Program-made: the position numbers and the translations under genes | In this document: piece by piece, positions 53,301 through 64,000 of the stretch | Numbering within the stretch: position 1 is the first letter of the stretch | How the letters are laid out: each line of letters opens with the position of its first letter | Origin: Pseudomonadales bacterium | Lineage (GTDB): Bacteria > Patescibacteriota > Microgenomatia > UBA1400 > PJMF01 | Assembly: GCA_020632235.1 (NCBI GenBank) | Contig: JACKFY010000004.1 | Coordinates: 4,811-68,810, forward strand | Direction of reading: 5' to 3' | DNA length: 64,000 nt | The notes under the pieces: model-generated | What the model was told of the DNA's origin: nothing | What the model saw: the letters and a program-made list of their open reading frames with translations, nothing else | The model's database searches: none

Positions 53301-55331
53301 ATGACCGACCAACACACAACAAATCAGTATGGGGCAGGGGACATTAAGGTCTTGGAAGGTCTTGAGCCTGTTCGCAAGCGGCCAGGCATGTACATCGGCT
53401 CAACGGACGCTAGAGGCCTGCACCACCTAGCAAAAGAAATTTTAGACAACGCAGTTGACGAGGCCATCGCTGGATACGGCAAAACTATTACCTTGTACCG
53501 CACGCCCACTACCGATGAGCATCAAAAAAAAGCAGGAAAAGACGTTACTATTGCCGACGAAGCCATCACAGTAGTCGATAGCGGGCGAGGCATTCCTGTT
53601 GATGTGCATCCCCAAACTGGCCTCTCGGCACTCGAAGTAGTGCTGACCAAACTACACGCTGGCGGCAAGTTTGAAGAAACAGCCTACCAAGCCTCTGGAG
53701 GTCTGCATGGCGTTGGCTCTTCGGCAGTCAACGCGCTCTCATCGCTCCTACAAGTGATCGTTAAGCGTGACGGGGCGCTGCATTACCAGCACTACTCACA
53801 GGGCGTGCCGAAAGCTCCTGTCACAACAATTTCAGAGGCAGAGGCACAAGCGCTGTTTCCTCGTGCGGTAGAGCAGTTACTCTCTCATGAAACAGGCACG
53901 CTCATTCAGTTTGTACCAGACCCTACTATTTTCTCGACCACCCAGTTTAACCACAAAACACTCATTGATGTAGTCAAAGACCGTGCCTACCTGATGGCAG
54001 GAATCTACTTTACCTTTGTTGACCAGGTTGAACAAACCGAGGAAGACTACTACTTTGAAGGTGGTATTCGCTCCCTGGTCGAGCACATCAACATGCAGAA
54101 AAAACCCCTCCACGACGTGATGTATACCGAAGGGTTTTGGACAGATGACAGTACAGGTAAAAAAATTGGGGTTGAGGTAGCCCTTCAGTACAACGACTCA
54201 TACAAAGAACGGATGGAGTCGTACGTCAATGTGATTCGCACTCCAGATGGCGGAGCTCACATCAACGGCTTTCGAAACGCTCTGGGCAAAGTGCTGCGCG
54301 ACTATGCTGACAAACATGGGCTGCTCAAAGAAAAAGAGTCATTTGTTGCCGATGACATGCGCGAAGGCATTACTGCCGTGGTGTTTGTCAAGATGCCATC
54401 AAATGACCTCCAGTTTGAGTCACAAACCAAAACAAAGCTTAATAATTCCGAGGCCCAATCAGCTGTGTATCAAATTTTTAAGGATGGCTTTACCACCTTT
54501 TTGGAAGAAAACCCCAGTGCAGGTAAAGCTATTATCGAAAAAATTATGCTCTCGGCACGGGCGCGAATGGCGGCACGGGCTGCCAAAGACGCAGTGATTC
54601 GAAAAGGAGTGTTTGAAGGCAGTTCACTGCCAGGAAAACTCGCCGACTGCCAAAGTAGAAACGCAGCAGAGTCAGAGATCTACATCGTCGAGGGAGACTC
54701 AGCTGGTGGCTCGGCCAAGCAAGGCAGAGATCGTAAGTTTCAAGCTATCTTTCCTCTGCGTGGTAAGATCTTGAACACCGAGAGAGCACGACTAGACAAG
54801 ATTGTTGCCTTTGAAGAGCTCAAAAACCTTGTTATCGCGTTGGGTGCGGGTATTGGTGAGACATTCGACCCAGAAAAATTGCGTTATCATCGCATTATTC
54901 TCATGAATGATGCTGACGTTGATGGTGAGCACATCACGACACTCGGGCTTACCTTTTTCTTTCGCCACTTGCCAGAAGTTGTTGAGCAAGGCTACCTCTA
55001 CATCGCCATGCCACCCCTCTACAAAGTCAGTCACGGCAAAACGGAGCAGTATGCCTACTCAGAGAACGAGCGAGACGAGTATATCGCCCACATTCGCCAG
55101 GGTAATGAGCGGGCAAATATCACCGTCCAGCGTTATAAAGGTCTCGGCGAGATGAACCCCGATCAACTCTGGAACACCACTATGGATCCAGAAACACGCA
55201 TGCTTAAAAAAGTAACCATAGAGGACGCCGAGGCAGCTGACACCATCTTTTCAACCTTGATGGGAGACGACGTAGCACCCAGAAAGCGATTTATCCAAAC
55301 CCACGCGCAACTGGCAAACCTAGATGTATAA
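53301..55331 (+). CDS. gyrB: DNA gyrase subunit B
   Basis: YGAGDIKVLEGLEPVRKRPGMYIGST, GHKL ATPase and TOPRIM motifs. Start chosen at MTDQHTT. Confidence 0.9.
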   Translation: MTDQHTTNQYGAGDIKVLEGLEPVRKRPGMYIGSTDARGLHHLAKEILDNAVDEAIAGYGKTITLYRTPTTDEHQKKAGKDVTIADEAITVVDSGRGIPVDVHPQTGLSALEVVLTKLHAGGKFEETAYQASGGLHGVGSSAVNALSSLLQVIVKRDGALHYQHYSQGVPKAPVTTISEAEAQALFPRAVEQLLSHETGTLIQFVPDPTIFSTTQFNHKTLIDVVKDRAYLMAGIYFTFVDQVEQTEEDYYFEGGIRSLVEHINMQKKPLHDVMYTEGFWTDDSTGKKIGVEVALQYNDSYKERMESYVNVIRTPDGGAHINGFRNALGKVLRDYADKHGLLKEKESFVADDMREGITAVVFVKMPSNDLQFESQTKTKLNNSEAQSAVYQIFKDGFTTFLEENPSAGKAIIEKIMLSARARMAARAAKDAVIRKGVFEGSSLPGKLADCQSRNAAESEIYIVEGDSAGGSAKQGRDRKFQAIFPLRGKILNTERARLDKIVAFEELKNLVIALGAGIGETFDPEKLRYHRIILMNDADVDGEHITTLGLTFFFRHLPEVVEQGYLYIAMPPLYKVSHGKTEQYAYSENERDEYIAHIRQGNERANITVQRYKGLGEMNPDQLWNTTMDPETRMLKKVTIEDAEAADTIFSTLMGDDVAPRKRFIQTHAQLANLDV

Positions 55332-55342
55332 AAATAAAACCC

Positions 55343-55382
55343 GCAGTCTTCACTCTGGACCGAAACGATAGAGTCTGACTGC
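55343..55382. repeat. Conserved stem-loop motif, copy C, between gyrB and ppa
   Basis: GCAGTC-TTC-ACTCT-GGACCGAAACGAT-AGAGT-CT-GACTGC. The flanks are identical to copy B. Confidence 0.55.
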
Positions 55383-55394
55383 AAGAAAGGAACT

Positions 55395-55877
55395 ATGAGC
55401 AACACCGTTACCGTTTTAATCGAGATTCCAGAGGGCTCTCAGGTCAAGTACGAGCTAAATGAGGACACGCACCAAATGGAGGTAGACCGCATCATGCCGG
55501 TCGCGATGGGGTATCCTGTCAACTATGGCTTGATCGATGACACCAAAGGTGAAGATGGAGACGCACTCGACGCACTTGTTTTCTTGGGCGCCCCAGTAGT
55601 ACCAGGGGTGCGCATCAAGTGTAAAGTCATCGGCATGCTCGAAATGGAAGACGAGGCAGGCATCGATCACAAGCTGGTCTGCGTGCCCGCTACCACCAAG
55701 ATTGACCCTGCGTGCGGTGCTTGGGAGTCTTTAGACGATGTGCCAGAGTGGAAAAAAACCCAAATCAGACACTTTTTTGAACACTACAAAGACTTGGAAG
55801 AAGGTAAGTGGGTCAAACTCAATAACTGGCAGGACAGCGCCACTGCACTGGGAGTACTAGCAAAAGGAAGAGTATAA
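55395..55877 (+). CDS. ppa: Inorganic pyrophosphatase (family I)
   Basis: [23 protein letters not shown] matches the active-site region. Confidence 0.9.
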   Translation: MSNTVTVLIEIPEGSQVKYELNEDTHQMEVDRIMPVAMGYPVNYGLIDDTKGEDGDALDALVFLGAPVVPGVRIKCKVIGMLEMEDEAGIDHKLVCVPATTKIDPACGAWESLDDVPEWKKTQIRHFFEHYKDLEEGKWVKLNNWQDSATALGVLAKGRV

Positions 55878-55923
55878 CCCTCCATTCTACAACCCACATT
55901 CTCTATTCTACATTCTAAAAACC

Positions 55924-58671
55924 ATGACCGATACACAACCAGAAACACCAGACATTCAAAACCAAGTAGTTGAAGAGACTGAAAGCGTGGTGGGGCAGAT
56001 AGAAGAAACCAAGTACGGCAAGCTCAAACACGTCTCGATCAAGCAAGAGATGGAAAAATCATACCTTGACTACGCGATGAGCGTGATTGTCTCGCGCGCA
56101 CTACCCGATGTTCGTGATGGTTTAAAGCCAGTTCATCGACGCATTTTGTACTCGATGTATAAAAGTGGCATTCACCACACCAGCTCGTACAAAAAATCGG
56201 CTCGTATTGTAGGTGATGTCTTGGGTAAGTACCATCCTCATGGTGACGCGCCTGTATACGGGGCGCTGGTGCGCCTAGCTCAAGACTTTAACATGCGTTA
56301 CCTACTCGTGGATGGCCAGGGCAACTTTGGCTCGATTGATGGCGATAGTCCTGCTGCTATGCGCTATACCGAGGCCAGGCTAGCCAAGATCACTGCCGAA
56401 CTTTTGATAGATATTGACAAAGAAACAGTCCCATTCACTGACAACTTTGACGGCTCGGTCCAAGAGCCAACGGTGTTACCAGCCAAGCTGCCCAACCTAC
56501 TACTCATGGGTTCGGAGGGTATCGCAGTCGGCATGGCTACCAAAATCCCACCCCACAACTTGCATGAAGTCTGTGATGCCATCATTGCCATGCTTGATGC
56601 GGGCGGTGCTATAAAAGAAGAGAAGGGACTCAAGCAAGAGACAAAAACACCAACCAAAGAAGAAGTAGAAACTCAGACAAGTAACGCTACAGGAGCGGTA
56701 CTCTCCAAGGAAATTCAGGCTCAAAACAAAACAATAGATGCGCTGCTTGCCGCCAACCCCCAGACGTTGGCAGGTACATTTGAAACCGACAGCACGATTG
56801 ATGACATCATGACACATGTGCAAGGCCCAGACTTCCCCACAGGGGGCATCATGTACGACTTTAACGCTATCAAAGAAGGGTATCGTACGGGCAAAGGCAG
56901 AGTGGTTATCCGGGCGAAAGCAAGCATTGAAGAAACCAAAAAAGGCGGCTTTCAAATTATCGTGACCGAGTTGCCATTCCAGGTCAACAAAGCTAAGTTA
57001 TTGATGAAAATCGCCGATCTAGTCAAAAACAAAAAAATCCAAGGCATTCGTGATCTAAACGACGACTCAGATAGAAATGGTATGCAGATCACCATTGACC
57101 TCAAGCGTGATGCTCGACCAAAGGTAGTGCTCAACAAACTGTTTCGCTACTCAGAGCTGCAAACATCATTCCCCATGAACATGGTGGCGCTGCGCAGTGA
57201 CGGCACACCACAGCTGATGAACATCAGGCACATCTTGATGGAGTACATCGCTCACAGACAAGCTATCGTGGTGCGTCGTTCACAGTATGAGTTGCGATCT
57301 GCCCGCGACCGAGCACATATCTTGGAAGGGCTCTTGATTGCTCTGGGCAACTTGGACGAGGTGATACAAACCATTCGTGAGTCAGCCGACACTGATGCTG
57401 CCAAAACTGCTCTGATGTCCAAATTTGGCCTCTCTGAGGTACAGTCTCTGGCCATTCTTGAGATGCAACTCAAGCGCCTGGCTGCCCTCGAGCGCAAAAA
57501 AATAGAAGACGAGTACAAAGAGATCCAAACTACCATCAAGTCGCTCATCGCTCTTCTGCAAAACCCTGGGAAGATTCTCTCGGTGATTGGTGACGAGGTG
57601 GCGGGCCTGAAAGAAACTTATGGTGATGAGCGTCGTACCAAGCTCGTCAAGGGCAAAATCGGCGAGTTTAGTGAAGAAGATCTCATCCCCAACGAGCCAG
57701 CGGTGATCACGCTCACCGAGACCGGCTACATCAAGCGCAGCAAACCAAATGCGTTCCGTGTACAGTCGCGCGGTGGTAAAGGCTCAAAAGGCGTGCAGAT
57801 GAAAGACGAAGATGTGGTCAAGGCACTCCTGACTGCCCAAACGCACGACACGCTTTTAATGTTTACCAACCAAGGTCGCGTCTTTAGCATGAAAGCCCAC
57901 GAAATACCCGACGTCAAACGCCAGGCCAAAGGCACAGCTATTGTCAATCTTTTGAGCCTCAAACAAGACGAAACCATTCAGTCACTCCTCATCCTAGACG
58001 AAACAGATGACAAAGACAGCTACATCAGCCTTGCTACCAAACACGGCTTAGTCAAAAAGACTGCAGTTAAGCTGTTTAATAACATTCGCCAAAACGGCAT
58101 TATAGCTATCACTCTCAATGAAGGTGATGAAGTTGTATGGGGCAAACTTTCATCTGGAGAAGACGATATTATGCTCATTACACATGCTGGCAAATCTATA
58201 CGATTTTCCGAAACAGAAGTGAAGTCATCTAACAGAGACACAAAGGGTGTTAAAGGTATTACTCTCAAGAGAGGTGATTATGTAATAGGCGTAGAAGCAC
58301 TGAGCGCTCAAGAAAGCTCGTCCTCAAAATACCAGCTCCTCGTAATTACAGAAAAAGGCCTAGGAAAGCGCACTGCACTTGACCAATACCCTGTACAAAA
58401 AAGATCTGGTGTTGGTGTGAAAGTGTCTACAATCACAAAAAAAACTGGCAATGTTGCATCTGCCAAGCTTGTCTCAAGCACAAAGCACAAAGAAATTGTT
58501 ATTAGTAGTAGAGAAGGGCAAACCATCAAATTGCCACTTACTAAAAAATCTATACCTATTCTCGGTAGAGCCACGCAAGGAGTCATCTTGATGAGACTTA
58601 AAGCTTCTGATGCTGTTTCTGCCGTAGCACTGACGTACAAAAACACTGATGCTGAAAGCGATGATACGTAA
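55924..58671 (+). CDS. gyrA: DNA gyrase subunit A (with a roughly 60-aa insertion in the N-terminal domain)
   Basis: [36 protein letters not shown] and the catalytic Tyr region [11 protein letters not shown]-terminal beta-pinwheel repeats. Confidence 0.9.
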   Translation: MTDTQPETPDIQNQVVEETESVVGQIEETKYGKLKHVSIKQEMEKSYLDYAMSVIVSRALPDVRDGLKPVHRRILYSMYKSGIHHTSSYKKSARIVGDVLGKYHPHGDAPVYGALVRLAQDFNMRYLLVDGQGNFGSIDGDSPAAMRYTEARLAKITAELLIDIDKETVPFTDNFDGSVQEPTVLPAKLPNLLLMGSEGIAVGMATKIPPHNLHEVCDAIIAMLDAGGAIKEEKGLKQETKTPTKEEVETQTSNATGAVLSKEIQAQNKTIDALLAANPQTLAGTFETDSTIDDIMTHVQGPDFPTGGIMYDFNAIKEGYRTGKGRVVIRAKASIEETKKGGFQIIVTELPFQVNKAKLLMKIADLVKNKKIQGIRDLNDDSDRNGMQITIDLKRDARPKVVLNKLFRYSELQTSFPMNMVALRSDGTPQLMNIRHILMEYIAHRQAIVVRRSQYELRSARDRAHILEGLLIALGNLDEVIQTIRESADTDAAKTALMSKFGLSEVQSLAILEMQLKRLAALERKKIEDEYKEIQTTIKSLIALLQNPGKILSVIGDEVAGLKETYGDERRTKLVKGKIGEFSEEDLIPNEPAVITLTETGYIKRSKPNAFRVQSRGGKGSKGVQMKDEDVVKALLTAQTHDTLLMFTNQGRVFSMKAHEIPDVKRQAKGTAIVNLLSLKQDETIQSLLILDETDDKDSYISLATKHGLVKKTAVKLFNNIRQNGIIAITLNEGDEVVWGKLSSGEDDIMLITHAGKSIRFSETEVKSSNRDTKGVKGITLKRGDYVIGVEALSAQESSSSKYQLLVITEKGLGKRTALDQYPVQKRSGVGVKVSTITKKTGNVASAKLVSSTKHKEIVISSREGQTIKLPLTKKSIPILGRATQGVILMRLKASDAVSAVALTYKNTDAESDDT

Positions 58672-59557
58672 AAAACACCCCTCTTCTGAGAGAATAGGAG
58701 AGGCATCAATTTTAATTCAGGCAGCACTGTGGTCATTGTTTCCCATCATTACTGTTCTCTCATATAGTGGGCTGCAACCCATCATATCTTTAGCATGGAC
58801 AACGTTATTTTCATGTTTTTTCTTTTTTTTAGTAATAATTGCTAAACAATCGTGGACAGCGATACGCTCAAAGAAAGTACTGCTGCCACTACTATTCATT
58901 GCACTTTTCAACGGAATAGGATTTTATTTTTTTTACTTTTTAGGATTAACACTCACTTCTCCTGGTAATGCCGCTATTGTAGCGACATTTGAAGTATTCT
59001 TTAGCTTTTTGTTGTTTAATGTACTGCAAAAAGAAGCACTAACTCCATCACATGTTTTAGGAATGATATGTATGGTAATAAGTGCCATAATAATCTTTTT
59101 TCCTACAGATTTATCCCTCCAAAAAGGCGACTTTTTTATCTTACTAGCTGCTGCTGTTGCGCCAATGGGCAATCATTTTCAAAAACAAGTGAGGACTCAT
59201 CTAAAAACTGAGCAAATTCTAGCTTTTAGAACTATAATCTCAGTACCCTTCTTGTTTTTAATGGCTATAATGCTAGGTGAGCAAGTAGTGCTTCCCACGG
59301 GCAACACACTTTTACTTGTGATATTTAGTGGCGTAGTCTTGTTTGGTATCTCAAAAATGCTATGGATAGAAGGTATTTTTAGAATTAGTGTCACCAAGGC
59401 AATCTCTCTTAGCAGTGTTGCTCCAGTACTCACACTCGTTTTTGCCTACCTAATACTCGGAGAAACTCCCACCAAAGTACAGCTGGTAGCAGTACCTCTT
59501 GCCGTAGCTGGAGTACTACTGCTGACACACAATAGAGCTTTAAAGAATAAATACTAA
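58661..59557 (+). CDS. EamA/DMT-superfamily transporter
   Basis: Ten TM segments in two EamA-like halves. Confidence 0.65.
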   Translation: MIRKKHPSSERIGEASILIQAALWSLFPIITVLSYSGLQPIISLAWTTLFSCFFFFLVIIAKQSWTAIRSKKVLLPLLFIALFNGIGFYFFYFLGLTLTSPGNAAIVATFEVFFSFLLFNVLQKEALTPSHVLGMICMVISAIIIFFPTDLSLQKGDFFILLAAAVAPMGNHFQKQVRTHLKTEQILAFRTIISVPFLFLMAIMLGEQVVLPTGNTLLLVIFSGVVLFGISKMLWIEGIFRISVTKAISLSSVAPVLTLVFAYLILGETPTKVQLVAVPLAVAGVLLLTHNRALKNKY

Positions 59558-59566
59558 TTGTATAGA

Positions 59567-59821
59567 CTAATCAAAGAGCGCTTTTGAAATTTTTAAAAAA
59601 TGAGAAGTTTTACTATCTTCAGTATTAAGCTTGCTCCTGAGATCTCTTAATCTTTTATCAAGTTCGTGTTCAAAACGATACATTTCACTTTGACACTGTG
59701 CATCCACTGGCCTAGTGCTATGAAAAAATTCACCTCTTATGTAGCTAAAGAACTCACGACACACTACAAGCTTGGGGTAGACTTCCGGAAGTTCACTCCT
59801 CCCAGATTCAGCGCGAGACAA
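59567..59821 (-). CDS. Hypothetical protein (AT-rich accessory block)
   Basis: ORF only. Confidence 0.25.
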   Translation of the reverse strand: MSRAESGRSELPEVYPKLVVCREFFSYIRGEFFHSTRPVDAQCQSEMYRFEHELDKRLRDLRSKLNTEDSKTSHFLKISKALFD

Positions 59822-60040
59822 TTCTTCCTCTATAAGTTCTTGTAGTGATTTTTACAATGCACAGTAATCCATAGAGCTCTTTTCACTTTTTACTACAGTT
59901 AGTGTACCACTTCAATGCTCTAGTAATATTGACAAGATACTGTTGAATCTTCATAGTAGAGAAGTATAAATGAAACAACAGACTCCCTACCTCGTGATGA
60001 TGATATAGAAACAAGAGGAATACAAGATATTCACGAAACT

Positions 60041-60517
60041 ATGCCACCAGTAACTGAAGAGGGAAGTCAAGCAGCAATTGATCTAGTGCAAAGAGCATTG
60101 GACGGCGGAGGCGATCTTCAGTTGCACGCATCATTGGATGGTGAAACCAGACTTGCAAATGGAGAAGACGGAAGTGTAATACTGTTTCTTCCACAAGAGG
60201 TACTTGCTGCTCTTAAAAGAGCTGACGCCAGTGTCAAAATTATAGCTAATGAGCTTCCAGAGAATAGCACTAGCGACATTCCTCAACCAGAAAATCCAAG
60301 TAGTGCTAGAGATCCAATTGTAGATCACTCAAAAGAATTTGCTGAGCTGCGAGAACAACCAAGACCAGGCTGTCTGATTGCAGTATTTAACATCTTTAGA
60401 ACGATGGGCAGACTTAAACTCGCAGAGTGGAAAAATAAAAGAGGATCTAGCAAACATGCGCAGCAAGAAAAGGAAAAGCAAGAAAAGAAAAACTCATACA
60501 GCTTGACGAAATATTAG
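60041..60517 (+). CDS. Hypothetical protein (AT-rich accessory block)
   Basis: ORF only. Confidence 0.3.
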   Translation: MPPVTEEGSQAAIDLVQRALDGGGDLQLHASLDGETRLANGEDGSVILFLPQEVLAALKRADASVKIIANELPENSTSDIPQPENPSSARDPIVDHSKEFAELREQPRPGCLIAVFNIFRTMGRLKLAEWKNKRGSSKHAQQEKEKQEKKNSYSLTKY

Positions 60518-60552
60518 ACAGAAATAAAGACAATACAGAGCTGAGAAATAGA

Positions 60553-62865
60553 ATGCTAGAATCACTAGCAGAATATAATATTCAGCCTATCTACATTGAT
60601 AAACTATTAAACTTTATTGTCACACTAAAAGCTAAAACACAATCTATTTTAGATAGAGAGCTACACAAGAAGCTGCATAAACATATGCAAGAGTCTGGTC
60701 TGGACTCTCAAGACTTGCCACTTGATTTTGAAGATTTTGACCAAGTGATTACACCAATAACACAGGTGCTTGTGGAATTGTTCCCTGACTGGATACAACA
60801 AGAGAACCTTGACCAGCCTACTACCGCGCAGCAGACACAAAAAGATAAAATTAAAGAAAAGCAAGATGCTTTAGAAAGAATTACTGAACCCTATCGTTAT
60901 GACCCAAAGGCTGATGCACGAGCAGAAGCAAGCCGAAATGAAGTCGTGCGCAACCTCAAACAAGGACTATCTGAATATTTAGAAACAGTTGGAGTACACA
61001 GCCAGCTGAAGTTAGAACTACTTTCAATTATTATCTACTTAATGGGTGAGCAGAGAACAATAAACCCACACACGCTATCTGAAGTTCTTAGAGAAAGAAT
61101 TAAAAAATACCAAACAAATGATACACACACTAGTAATAAAGGAGAGCCACCCTCAGCAGACATACAACAACATAGAAGTAGTGAGGATGTCTCAAAGCTG
61201 GTAGGCGCAATCTTGCATTTTGTTAGAAATGCGGCTCCGGGATGGATAGATAACTTGAGCCCTCAACCTGAACAAAGCACTTCTGGCTTAGAAAGTTATA
61301 TTAATCTGCTTGTAGATGAAGGGAAGCTCAAACCATATGAGAGAGAGTTTGCAAAAGACCCGCGTGTACTTGATAGGTTGATGAGTATTTTTGATGGCAC
61401 CACTAACCGCATGAGAGCTCTAAAATCAGCTGCAAAACACGCAGAGTTCTTTGGAAACGACAAGCTAAGATTTATGAGGCTAGTAGCGCTCTTACTCCCA
61501 ATATTACTGCTGTTAGGAGTAGTTACTGATAGAGATAATCAAGTCGATTTTGGAACAATAGGTACCAAAACTGAAGCATTAATAGGACCTCTTCCCCCAG
61601 ATGAAAACACCTCTCCTGAGGAACAACCAAAAACAACTCTACCCACACAAGGAGAAAATAAAACCAATAACGTCCAAGAGCTTACAACTCCCACTGACAC
61701 AGCACCTAATGTAGGATCACAAGAAGCATATGCACTAGCACCTGGAGAAGATGTTATGGGAGTGCTTACCCGTGCTGTAAATGAAGGAAACTCAAGTGAG
61801 AATGCTGGTCTTACTAGCACTGCAGAAGCTGCTGAGTCACTCTCTGAGCAAGAAAAAGATCAATTCATAAACCTACTAGCCCAAATAGATGCTATACGCA
61901 ATAACTGGCCGGTTGATAGAGCAACTGAGCGTCCCCCAGGGTATAAAATCAGCCTTCTCACTGATCACTTACAGTTACTTGCCCGAGCGATCAAGGTGCG
62001 AGGTCAAAATGAGGCGGCAAATGAGCTCATAAATCAAATAATGAGCCCTGACACAACAGAAGATCAACTCAGCGGGATACTGGCATCACTGCAAACACTT
62101 TTTGAAGTAATTGAAGATACAGAAACACACTCCCAGCAAAGTAGTGGAGAATCAACAGCAGAAGTCATGCAGACAGTAGAAAAGCTGCAAGCTATAAGAA
62201 TTGACGTCGACGATACTATCTCTACTAACATTAATGACAATCAGTTTATGATTCTCGTTCAAAAAGGTGCTGCTTCTCACTATGCGGTTGGGGGCAATAC
62301 GGTGATTGTATTGCCAAGTGGTAAATCAATTCCCTTCAGTGATTTCCTGGAAGGCTATAATGGAGTAAATATGACCAATGTTACAATCACTCCTAGCTCT
62401 GATACAGTATCTTCCAATAACCGTACTTTCAAGATTGCTTCAGAAATAGTTATTCCCCAATTTCCCAGCTTGGAAACACTCAATCAATTTCCCAACCTAC
62501 CCCAACTTGTAGAGAAGTTGGAGGAAAAATATGGTTTTGGTAAAATGAGCAACATTATCAAAATAGCTGAGGCGCAAATAGACAGCCACAAACTTAATGA
62601 TAATGAGGCCTCATTTTTATTTCAAATGCTCTTATATTTAAATGAGTCACTAGGAGGAAGAAACGCTAATGATATAGTTTCACACGCAGTTGACATTGCA
62701 AACTTAACAAATGGCGAGACAGATAAAATTAATGACCTACTCAGAAGTGTTTCTAGTTATGAAGAACAGTATGGTGATATGGAATCTCAAGTGTTGACTG
62801 CACTAATAACATTAAAACGCAATCTAAATAATTTAGGGTGGACCGAAGGGGACTCGAACCCCTGA
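60553..62865 (+). CDS. Large hypothetical protein (770 aa) whose 3' end runs 27 nt into the tRNA-Ala gene
   Basis: Long ORF with low GC, one internal hydrophobic segment (LVALLLPILLLLGVV) and no recognised domain. The stop at 62863-62865 lies inside the tRNA at 62839-62912. Confidence 0.45.
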   Translation: MLESLAEYNIQPIYIDKLLNFIVTLKAKTQSILDRELHKKLHKHMQESGLDSQDLPLDFEDFDQVITPITQVLVELFPDWIQQENLDQPTTAQQTQKDKIKEKQDALERITEPYRYDPKADARAEASRNEVVRNLKQGLSEYLETVGVHSQLKLELLSIIIYLMGEQRTINPHTLSEVLRERIKKYQTNDTHTSNKGEPPSADIQQHRSSEDVSKLVGAILHFVRNAAPGWIDNLSPQPEQSTSGLESYINLLVDEGKLKPYEREFAKDPRVLDRLMSIFDGTTNRMRALKSAAKHAEFFGNDKLRFMRLVALLLPILLLLGVVTDRDNQVDFGTIGTKTEALIGPLPPDENTSPEEQPKTTLPTQGENKTNNVQELTTPTDTAPNVGSQEAYALAPGEDVMGVLTRAVNEGNSSENAGLTSTAEAAESLSEQEKDQFINLLAQIDAIRNNWPVDRATERPPGYKISLLTDHLQLLARAIKVRGQNEAANELINQIMSPDTTEDQLSGILASLQTLFEVIEDTETHSQQSSGESTAEVMQTVEKLQAIRIDVDDTISTNINDNQFMILVQKGAASHYAVGGNTVIVLPSGKSIPFSDFLEGYNGVNMTNVTITPSSDTVSSNNRTFKIASEIVIPQFPSLETLNQFPNLPQLVEKLEEKYGFGKMSNIIKIAEAQIDSHKLNDNEASFLFQMLLYLNESLGGRNANDIVSHAVDIANLTNGETDKINDLLRSVSSYEEQYGDMESQVLTALITLKRNLNNLGWTEGDSNP

Positions 62866-62912
62866 CCTCCTGCATGCCATGCAGGCGCTCTAGCCAACTG
62901 AGCTACCGGCCC
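62839..62912 (-). tRNA. tRNA-Ala (anticodon GGC)
   Basis: Reverse-complement cloverleaf. Acceptor GGGCCGG/TCGGTCC with a G3.U70 pair (the alanine identity element), anticodon loop ATGGCAT, T-loop TTCGAGT. Confidence 0.9.
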
Positions 62913-63415
62913 ATTTTAGGTATAGTATACATCAGAATGTAATAAGCTGCGCAGCATTGAGTGAGAGGCAACTCACTGGGCAGACTACAAGATATTTTAT
63001 GTATCTTGTATAGAAATGCTAATGCAGTTTTTGAACACTGATAAACAAAAATCATACAATATAGTAATTTTCACAAAGTTATTTTAGTATGCATACGCAT
63101 TCTTTACATATTAGCATCATCTGTGATACACTGCCAACCTTGCCATAGTGCAAATAAGGCTGGTACAAAAACACTTTTTTTAAGCCTAAATATATATCTG
63201 TATTTCAATAAAGTGCAAAGTGTCTCGTAGTATGAGTATCTATATACTTATACATCCTCTTTTAAGTAAAAGCCTTAGTATGTTGTTGGGGTAGAGCAGA
63301 GAAGAGCAACATAATTTTAATTGATATACAGGTAATTATTGGTATAATAGTAAAATTAGCAGAGTAGTAATTAGACTGCTAAAATCCTATAGTAATTTAA
63401 GATTTTAGAGAGTCA

Positions 63416-64000
63416 TCATGACTTTGAGTGATACGTTTGGTGCACCTTTTTTAATTGAGGCTTTGTAATATGGGTGTAAATTTGAGTAGTAGCTATGTTT
63501 TTGTGACCCAGCATTTCTTGCACATCCCTCAGGCCCGCTCCATTACTCAGTAAGTCGGTAGCAAAGCTATGCCTGAGACCATGGGGGCTAATCTTGATGG
63601 GTAAGTGTGCTTTTCTTGAATACTTATCTACAATTCTTTGCACACTTCTTGCACTGAGCCTCATGCTTTCTCCTGAATCAGTTATTCCTGGCTTCTTACC
63701 ACTAAAGCGAATAAAAACTGGCTGCCAATTATCATCTCTTGCATCAAGCCACTTCTGCAGCCACTTGCAGGCTCTATCACTCAAAAAAACTACACGCTGT
63801 CGTCTACCTTTACCAATAACTCCGAACTCTTTTGTATTAAAATTTAGCTGGTCTCTATTAAGGCTTACCAACTCACTCACTCTCAGACCAGTAGAGAAGA
63901 AGACTTCTAAAATTGCCTTGTCTCTAAGGCCTATCGGCGTACTAAGACTTGGTTGGCTCAGTAGCAGCTCTACTTTTTCAAGGGGAAGATACTGCATGTG
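63416..64000 (-). CDS. Tyrosine recombinase (XerC/XerD/integrase family). Only the C-terminal catalytic domain is in the window (N-terminus beyond 64000).
   Basis: HGLRHSFAT and LGHKNIATTQIYTH match the R..HxxR..Y catalytic tetrad blocks. Confidence 0.8.
   Translation of the reverse strand, partial: HMQYLPLEKVELLLSQPSLSTPIGLRDKAILEVFFSTGLRVSELVSLNRDQLNFNTKEFGVIGKGRRQRVVFLSDRACKWLQKWLDARDDNWQPVFIRFSGKKPGITDSGESMRLSARSVQRIVDKYSRKAHLPIKISPHGLRHSFATDLLSNGAGLRDVQEMLGHKNIATTQIYTHITKPQLKKVHQTYHSKS

Noticed and set aside
62839-64000. Classic tRNA-integrase island with the integrase adjacent to the tRNA 3' end
   Set aside because: The tRNA 3' end faces left, towards the AT-rich block, while the recombinase lies on the 5' side. 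The relationship is therefore ambiguous, and the recombinase may be chromosomal XerC/D.

Overview
The window is a 64 kb chromosomal segment that is densely coding and uses the standard genetic code (TGA is used as a stop). Gene content and architecture resemble a reduced-genome, CPR/Patescibacteria-like bacterium, but this is an inference from gene content only.

Coding content, in order:
- Housekeeping genes: the GAPDH C-terminus, comM, uppP, miaA-miaB, infC-rpmI-rplT-pheS-pheT, tyrS, recG, nusB, rnc, rpsP, a KH-domain protein, gyrB-ppa-gyrA, trigger factor, and a class A PBP.
- Three tRNAs: Cys-GCA, Val-GAC and Ala-GGC.
- A roughly 20 kb type IV pilus locus: pilM/N/O, a pilX-like gene, at least six pilins or pseudopilins, pilD, pilC, pilT and pilB, with no secretin. 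Embedded in it are two giant paralogous Cys-rich secreted proteins (691 and 1070 aa) that share a roughly 330-aa beta-solenoid-like C-terminal domain, a metzincin-type zinc protease, and AT-rich small ORFs.
- An AT-rich accessory block at 59.5-63.4 kb abutting tRNA-Ala and a partial tyrosine recombinase.

Most unusual observations:
- A family of mosaic, hairpin-rich intergenic repeats. Two roughly 115-nt copies show compensatory stem changes, and one conserved stem-loop occurs three times.
- A tRNA-Ala-like 3' fragment with a G3.U70 acceptor stem.
- PheS carrying an N-terminal AlaX-like editing domain whose zinc motif is degenerate.
- An NYN-domain remnant inserted between pheS and pheT.
- A near-identical terminator hairpin used in two operons.
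- An AbiEii-like nucleotidyltransferase and a small ORF, each interrupted at a homopolymer (A7, G8), suggesting either an indel-prone assembly or phase variation.

No rRNA, CRISPR array or transposase was recognised.
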